Below, one piece after another: positions 25,829-30,172 of a DNA stretch of 30,172 nucleotides. The stretch comes from Xanthobacteraceae bacterium (GTDB taxonomy: Bacteria; Pseudomonadota; Alphaproteobacteria; Rhizobiales; Xanthobacteraceae). Where the stretch lies: contig JASHSY010000092.1 of the NCBI GenBank assembly GCA_030040825.1, positions 1-30,172 on the forward strand. The letters are read 5' to 3'. Made by a program: the position numbers and the translations under genes. Within the stretch, counting starts at the first letter, position 1; every line of letters starts with the position of its first letter. Under the pieces are notes generated by a model, which was not told the origin of the DNA, ran no database searches, and saw nothing but the letters and a program-made list of their open reading frames with translations.

Positions 25829-26692
25829 ATGTCGGCCGCTGACCTCGCCGCCCGCACCACGTCTCTCGCTGAGACCATCGACGCCGCGTTCGAGCGGCGC
25901 GACGAGATCGGACCGGCAAGCAAAGGCGCGGTCCGCGAAGCAGTCGAGGCAGCTCTCGATCTGCTCGATCGCGGCGCCGCCCGCGTCGCGGAAAAGGCCG
26001 TGGACCGCAGCTGGCAGGTCAATCAGTGGCTGAAGAAGGCAGTGCTGCTTTCGTTCCGGCTGAACGACATGAGCGTCATTTCAGGTGGCCCCGGTGGCGC
26101 CGGGTGGTGGGACAAAGTGCCGTCGAAATTCGACGGCTGGGACGACAAGCAGTTTCGTGCCGCCGGCTTTCGTGCGGTGCCTGGCTGCGTGGTGCGCCGT
26201 TCCGCCTACATTGCGCCGGGCGTGGTGCTAATGCCGTCCTTTGTCAACGTTGGCGCTTACGTCGATCGGGGCACCATGATCGACACCTGGGCAACGGTCG
26301 GCTCTTGTGCGCAGATCGGAAAAAACTGTCATATCTCCGGCGGCGCCGGCATCGGTGGGGTGCTGGAGCCGCTGCAAGCCGGGCCGGTGATCGTCGAAGA
26401 CAATTGTTTTATCGGCGCCCGTTCGGAAGTCGCCGAAGGCGTGATCGTGCGCGAAGGCGCGGTGCTGTCGATGGGCGTGTTCATCGGCGCGTCGACCAAA
26501 ATCATCGACCGCGATAGCGGTGAAGTTATGCAAGGCGAGGTGCCGCCTTATGCGGTGGTGGTGCCGGGTAGCCTGCCGGGCAAGCCGCTCGGCGGCAAGC
26601 CGAGTCCGAGCCTTGCTTGCGCCGTTATCGTCAAGCGGGTCGACGAAAAGACCCGCGCCAAGACCAGCATCAACGAATTGCTGCGGGATTGA
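25829..26692 (+). CDS. dapD: Tetrahydrodipicolinate N-succinyltransferase
   Basis: Motifs [34 protein letters not shown] and [15 protein letters not shown] at 25777-25782 is a likely -35 element. Confidence 0.98.
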   Translation: MSAADLAARTTSLAETIDAAFERRDEIGPASKGAVREAVEAALDLLDRGAARVAEKAVDRSWQVNQWLKKAVLLSFRLNDMSVISGGPGGAGWWDKVPSKFDGWDDKQFRAAGFRAVPGCVVRRSAYIAPGVVLMPSFVNVGAYVDRGTMIDTWATVGSCAQIGKNCHISGGAGIGGVLEPLQAGPVIVEDNCFIGARSEVAEGVIVREGAVLSMGVFIGASTKIIDRDSGEVMQGEVPPYAVVVPGSLPGKPLGGKPSPSLACAVIVKRVDEKTRAKTSINELLRD

Positions 26693-26710
26693 GTCGAACG
26701 CGTCGTGCCG

Positions 26711-27142
26711 ATGGATTGGCCCTACCTCCTCAACGAATTTCACGGTCGCATCGGCCGCCAGACATTTTGGATCGCCATGGGTGCGGTCTATATCCTCAAT
26801 GTGCTGGCCTGCCTGTTGGCCGACCAGATACAAGGCGACCGCTTGAGCGCCATCGTCGATCTTGCCTTCACCTATCCGGAGTTCGCCATAACGCTGAAAC
26901 GCGCGCACGACCGCGAGCTTCCGGTGTGGCTGTTGATCGCGTTTTTCACCGCCAATGCGGTGTTCGACTTTCTCGACGTGTTGGGTTTGCCGATCGCCGT
27001 CAACGATTCGAGCAATATGCTTGCGCTCGCCACCACGATTCCGTTTGCGGTTTTCGGGGTCGCGCTGTTGGTCGAGCTTGGCTTTCGCCGCGGCACCGCC
27101 GGTCCGAACAAATACGGTCCCGATCCGCTGGCGGGGACGTAA
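26711..27142 (+). CDS. DUF805 family membrane protein
   Basis: Motifs F.GRIGRQTFW, LKRAHDR and GTAGPNKYGPDP. Confidence 0.9.
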   Translation: MDWPYLLNEFHGRIGRQTFWIAMGAVYILNVLACLLADQIQGDRLSAIVDLAFTYPEFAITLKRAHDRELPVWLLIAFFTANAVFDFLDVLGLPIAVNDSSNMLALATTIPFAVFGVALLVELGFRRGTAGPNKYGPDPLAGT

Positions 27143-27148
27143 ACAACG

Positions 27149-28306
27149 ATGACCGCCGATCCCGTCGCTATCGCCAGGGATCTGATCCGCTGCCGTTCAA
27201 TCACGCCGGCGGAAGGCGGCGCGCTCGCCTATTTGCAAGACGTGTTGGCGAAGGCGGGCTTTAGCGTGCAGCGTGCGACCTTTACCGAGCCGGGTACGGC
27301 GCCGGTGGAAAATCTTTACGCACGCATCGGCGAACGAAAGCCCAATCTCGTATTCGCCGGTCATACCGATGTGGTGCCGCCCGGCGACGAAGCGGCCTGG
27401 CGGCACGCGCCGTTCGGCGGCGAAGTCGCCGGCGACAGGCTCTACGGCCGCGGCGCGGTCGATATGAAAGGCGGCATCGCGTGCTTCATCGCTGCCGCGC
27501 TTGATTATCTCGCGGCCATTGGCGGCCGCCCGAAAAACGGTTCGCTCTCGCTTCTTATCACCGGCGATGAGGAGGGCGTCGCTGTTAACGGTACGATCAA
27601 GCTGCTGCAATGGGCGGCGAAACGCGGCGAGATTTTCGACCATTGTATTCTCGGGGAGCCGAGCAATGTCGAGGTGGTCGGCGACACTATCAAGGCAGGC
27701 CGCCGTGGCTCGCTCAACGGTACGCTGGTGGTGCTGGGCCTTCAGGGTCACGTTGCTTACCCCGATCGCGCAGACAATCCGATTCGCGGGCTCATCACGC
27801 TGATCGCTGCGCTGCAGGCGCCGCTCGACCAGGGCAGCGAGCACTTCGATCCCTCGCACCTTGAATTCACGTCGGTCGATGTCGGCAACGAAACCGTCAA
27901 TCTCATTCCCGGCGAGGCGCGTGCGCGTTTCAATATCCGCTACAACGACTGTCACGGCCCGGCCGCGCTGAAGGCGTTGGTCGAGCAGCGCGCGCAGGCC
28001 GCAGCCGCCGGCCGCGTCCGGCATCGCATCGATTGGCAGAAGTCGAATGCCGAGGTGTTCGTGACCAAGCCGGGCCCGTTCACCGCGCTCGCCGTCGGCG
28101 CCATCGCGGAAGTAACCGGCAGAAAGCCAAAGCTGTCGACCTCCGGCGGTACCTCGGACGCGCGCTTTATCAAGGATTATTGCCCGGTGCTGGAATTCGG
28201 TTTGGTTGGGCAAACCATGCATCAGGTCGACGAATGCGTGCCAGTCGCCGACCTCGTAGCGTTGACTGCCATCTATCGGCGGATCATCGACAAGTATTTC
28301 GGATGA
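27149..28306 (+). CDS. dapE: Succinyl-diaminopimelate desuccinylase
   Basis: Motifs [38 protein letters not shown] and MHQVDE. Confidence 0.98.
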   Translation: MTADPVAIARDLIRCRSITPAEGGALAYLQDVLAKAGFSVQRATFTEPGTAPVENLYARIGERKPNLVFAGHTDVVPPGDEAAWRHAPFGGEVAGDRLYGRGAVDMKGGIACFIAAALDYLAAIGGRPKNGSLSLLITGDEEGVAVNGTIKLLQWAAKRGEIFDHCILGEPSNVEVVGDTIKAGRRGSLNGTLVVLGLQGHVAYPDRADNPIRGLITLIAALQAPLDQGSEHFDPSHLEFTSVDVGNETVNLIPGEARARFNIRYNDCHGPAALKALVEQRAQAAAAGRVRHRIDWQKSNAEVFVTKPGPFTALAVGAIAEVTGRKPKLSTSGGTSDARFIKDYCPVLEFGLVGQTMHQVDECVPVADLVALTAIYRRIIDKYFG

Positions 28307-28327
28307 ACTTGTCGGTCCCTTTTGACT

Positions 28328-28445
28328 CGTCATGCCCGGGCCTCGTGCCGGGCATCCACGTCTTGATCTCGCGCCTGACGAAAAGACGTGGATGGCCAGG
28401 TCACAGGCGAGCGAAAACGACTCCGTTCTTCGAACGGCTATGACG
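28328..28445. repeat. CGTC-type REP-like composite palindromic element
   Basis: CGTCAT/ATGACG ends; ATGCCCGG/CCGGGCAT hairpin (28332-28355); 12-bp stem CATCCACGTCTT (28353-28364)/AAGACGTGGATG (28383-28394); CCGTTC-TTC-GAACGG hairpin (28423-28437). Confidence 0.8.
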
Positions 28446-28490
28446 ATACTCAATACTCACGGCGGAAAGGACTTTCGGATTTGTCGATAC

Positions 28491-28510
28491 TTGCTATACA
28501 TGTATAGCAA
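28491..28510. promoter_or_regulatory. Perfect 20-bp palindromic operator over the toxin-antitoxin promoter
   Basis: TTGCTATACATGTATAGCAA overlaps the candidate promoter TTGTCG(28481)-N16-TATAGC and ends 24 nt before the antitoxin ATG. Confidence 0.8.
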
Positions 28511-28534
28511 GTGAACCAACCGGAGATTTTCCCG

Positions 28535-28753
28535 ATGCTTGCCCTTCGTTTGCCACCTGACATCGAGCGGCGGCTCGTTGCCTTGGCGAAGAAAACCGGC
28601 CGCAGCAAGAGCTATTATGCGCGCGAGGCGATTTTGCGCCAGATCGAGGATATTGAGGATTACTATCTAGCCCGGCGGCGCCTCGCGCGTGGCGGTCCAC
28701 GCGTGACGCTTGAAAGCCTGGAGCGGCAGCTCAGGCGACGCGCCAAACGCTGA
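28535..28753 (+). CDS. Type II antitoxin, ribbon-helix-helix (RelB/StbD-like)
   Basis: MLALRLPPDIERRLVALAKKTGRSKSYYAREAI..IEDIEDYYLA; GGAG RBS; TGATG coupling to the toxin. Confidence 0.9.
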   Translation: MLALRLPPDIERRLVALAKKTGRSKSYYAREAILRQIEDIEDYYLARRRLARGGPRVTLESLERQLRRRAKR

Positions 28754-29028
28754 TGGACACGCCGTTCTGGCGGGTAGAACTCGACCGCGCGGCCGTTCGT
28801 GACTTGCGCAAACTCGGTGCGGATGCAGAAACGCGCGTTTTGCTATTCCTGCGCGAACGTATTGCAGGCAGCGACAATCCGCGCCGTTTGGGCCACGCGC
28901 TCACCGGTGACCGCAAGGGTCTATGGCGCTACCGTATTGGCGACTACCGCATCGTTGCCGCCATCGAGGATAATCGCTTCATCGTATTGGTTGTCGCGAT
29001 CGGACATCGCCGCGAGGTCTATCGCTAA
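28753..29028 (+). CDS. Type II toxin, RelE/StbE family
   Basis: 91 aa with GHALTGD.KGLWRYRIGDYRI and C-terminal GHRREVY. Confidence 0.93.
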   Translation: MDTPFWRVELDRAAVRDLRKLGADAETRVLLFLRERIAGSDNPRRLGHALTGDRKGLWRYRIGDYRIVAAIEDNRFIVLVVAIGHRREVYR

Positions 29029-29101
29029 AGAGGCCCGTTCCGGAAAACTGGCGTTGGCGGAAGGAGCGGGCTTACACTCTCTCTCTCTTGACCGAGGGCC
29101 A

Positions 29102-29839
29102 TCAATACTCCACCCGCACGAGATAAAGCCCGTGCGGCGGTGCGACTTGGCCGCAACGCGTGCGGTCGCGCGCTTCGAGCGCGGCAACAAGATCGTCGCC
29201 GGTCCATTTGCCCTCACCGACATGCACCAGTGAGCCGACCATCGAGCGCACCTGATGTTGCAGGAATGAGCGCGCCTCGGCGATCACACACACCTGGTCG
29301 CCGTCGCGCCTCACGTCGAGCCGATCGAGTGTCTTTACCGGCGATTTTGCCTGACACTCAGTCGAGCGGAACGTCGTGAAATCATGCTTGCCGATCAGCT
29401 TTCGCGCTGCATCATGCATCGCCTGGGTGTCGAGCGAGCGCGGCAGGCGCCAAGCGCGGTTTTGTTCGAGCGTCAGGTCGGCGCGACGATTGATGATTCG
29501 ATAGAGGTAGTGCCGCTTGATCGCCGAAAAGCGAGCATCGAAATCTGCCGCCACCTGTTCTGCCGCCAGCACGGCGATCGGTAGTGGCCGCAGATGGAAG
29601 TTGATCGCATCGCGCACATTGCTGACGTCCCAGTCTTTGGCCATGTCGATATGCGCCACCTGTCCGAGCGCGTGTACGCCCGCGTCGGTGCGCCCAGCGC
29701 CGTGCACCATGACGCGCTCACCCGCGAACGCGGCAATGGCCTCGATCAGTGTGCCCTGCACGGAGGCGCCGTTGCCCTGCACCTGCCAACCGACGAACGG
29801 CGTGCCGTCATATTCGATGGTCAGCTTGTAGCGGGGCAC
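29102..29839 (-). CDS. truA: tRNA pseudouridine(38-40) synthase
   Basis: Motifs [29 protein letters not shown] and [11 protein letters not shown]. Confidence 0.98.
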   Translation of the reverse strand: MPRYKLTIEYDGTPFVGWQVQGNGASVQGTLIEAIAAFAGERVMVHGAGRTDAGVHALGQVAHIDMAKDWDVSNVRDAINFHLRPLPIAVLAAEQVAADFDARFSAIKRHYLYRIINRRADLTLEQNRAWRLPRSLDTQAMHDAARKLIGKHDFTTFRSTECQAKSPVKTLDRLDVRRDGDQVCVIAEARSFLQHQVRSMVGSLVHVGEGKWTGDDLVAALEARDRTRCGQVAPPHGLYLVRVEY

Positions 29840-29841
29840 GG

Positions 29842-30171
29842 TCAGCTCAACCTGGTGCCGAGCGCAATTGGGGTGCCGCGCAGAAATTCGGCGGCCGGCA
29901 TCGGCGCGCGGCCAGCGCGCTGCAATTCAACGAGCCGCAAGGCGCCGTCGCGGCAGGCTACATTGAGCTTGTCATCGAGCACCTGGCCGGGTGTACCGTT
30001 GCCGTTGCCCTTGGTCGTGCGCAATACCTTGACCCGTCCCACCGCGGAAAGTTCGAACCAAGCACCGGGAAACGGCGACAATCCACGGCAGTGGTCGTGG
30101 ACCTGCTGCCACGGCTTGGTCCAGTCGATGCGAGTCTCGTTCTTCTCGATCTTGCGCGCGTAGGTGACGCC
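29842..30171 (-). CDS. fmt: Methionyl-tRNA formyltransferase, C-terminal part; 5' end lies outside the window
   Basis: Frame reads [17 protein letters not shown]...[11 protein letters not shown]...[10 protein letters not shown]; directly upstream of truA. Confidence 0.93.
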   Translation of the reverse strand, partial: GVTYARKIEKNETRIDWTKPWQQVHDHCRGLSPFPGAWFELSAVGRVKVLRTTKGNGNGTPGQVLDDKLNVACRDGALRLVELQRAGRAPMPAAEFLRGTPIALGTRLS

Positions 30172-30172
30172 G

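Noticed and set aside
27197-28453. 418-aa minus-strand ORF
   Set aside because: Antisense shadow of dapE that merely extends through the REP element.
29033-29088. Loose hairpin (29033-29041/29063-29071) and a (CT)6 tract between relE and truA
   Set aside because: Large loop and no U-tract. The microsatellite is short and lies between convergent 3' ends, so phase variation is unlikely.
1-30172. CRISPR arrays, IS elements, prophage or defence islands
   Set aside because: I saw no regularly spaced direct repeats and no transposase, integrase, cas or phage-like ORFs; the RelBE pair is the only defence-type module.

Overview
30 kb of high-GC chromosomal DNA, most likely from a Hyphomicrobiales alphaproteobacterium (Bradyrhizobium/Xanthobacteraceae-like, judged by eye from YidC, RnpA, gene order and repeat types). 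The housekeeping backbone is tRNA-Arg(ACG), rpmH-rnpA-yidC, yihA/engB, argB, pyrimidine 5'-nucleotidase, dapD-DUF805-dapE, truA and partial fmt. Interleaved with it are redox/catabolic genes (GMC oxidoreductase, VOC protein, acyl-CoA dehydrogenase, OYE-family flavin oxidoreductase, NADP-dependent reductase, acyl-CoA ligase, class III aminotransferase), envelope enzymes (RlpA-like, extensin-like, L,D-transpeptidase, metallophosphoesterase), an orphan histidine kinase, a soluble globin-coupled chemoreceptor, a RelBE-type toxin-antitoxin pair and two REP-like palindromes. I saw no integrase, transposase, phage gene or CRISPR array, and I cannot support a large undescribed multi-gene system. The best leads are smaller: a chemoreceptor globin domain that appears to lack the heme-ligating His, several small ORFs (35, 67, 77 and 31+76 aa, the last possibly frameshifted), candidate CtrA and EcfG sites in front of uncharacterised genes, and a probable monooxygenase gene relic. 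All family assignments come from motif recognition, not database searches.
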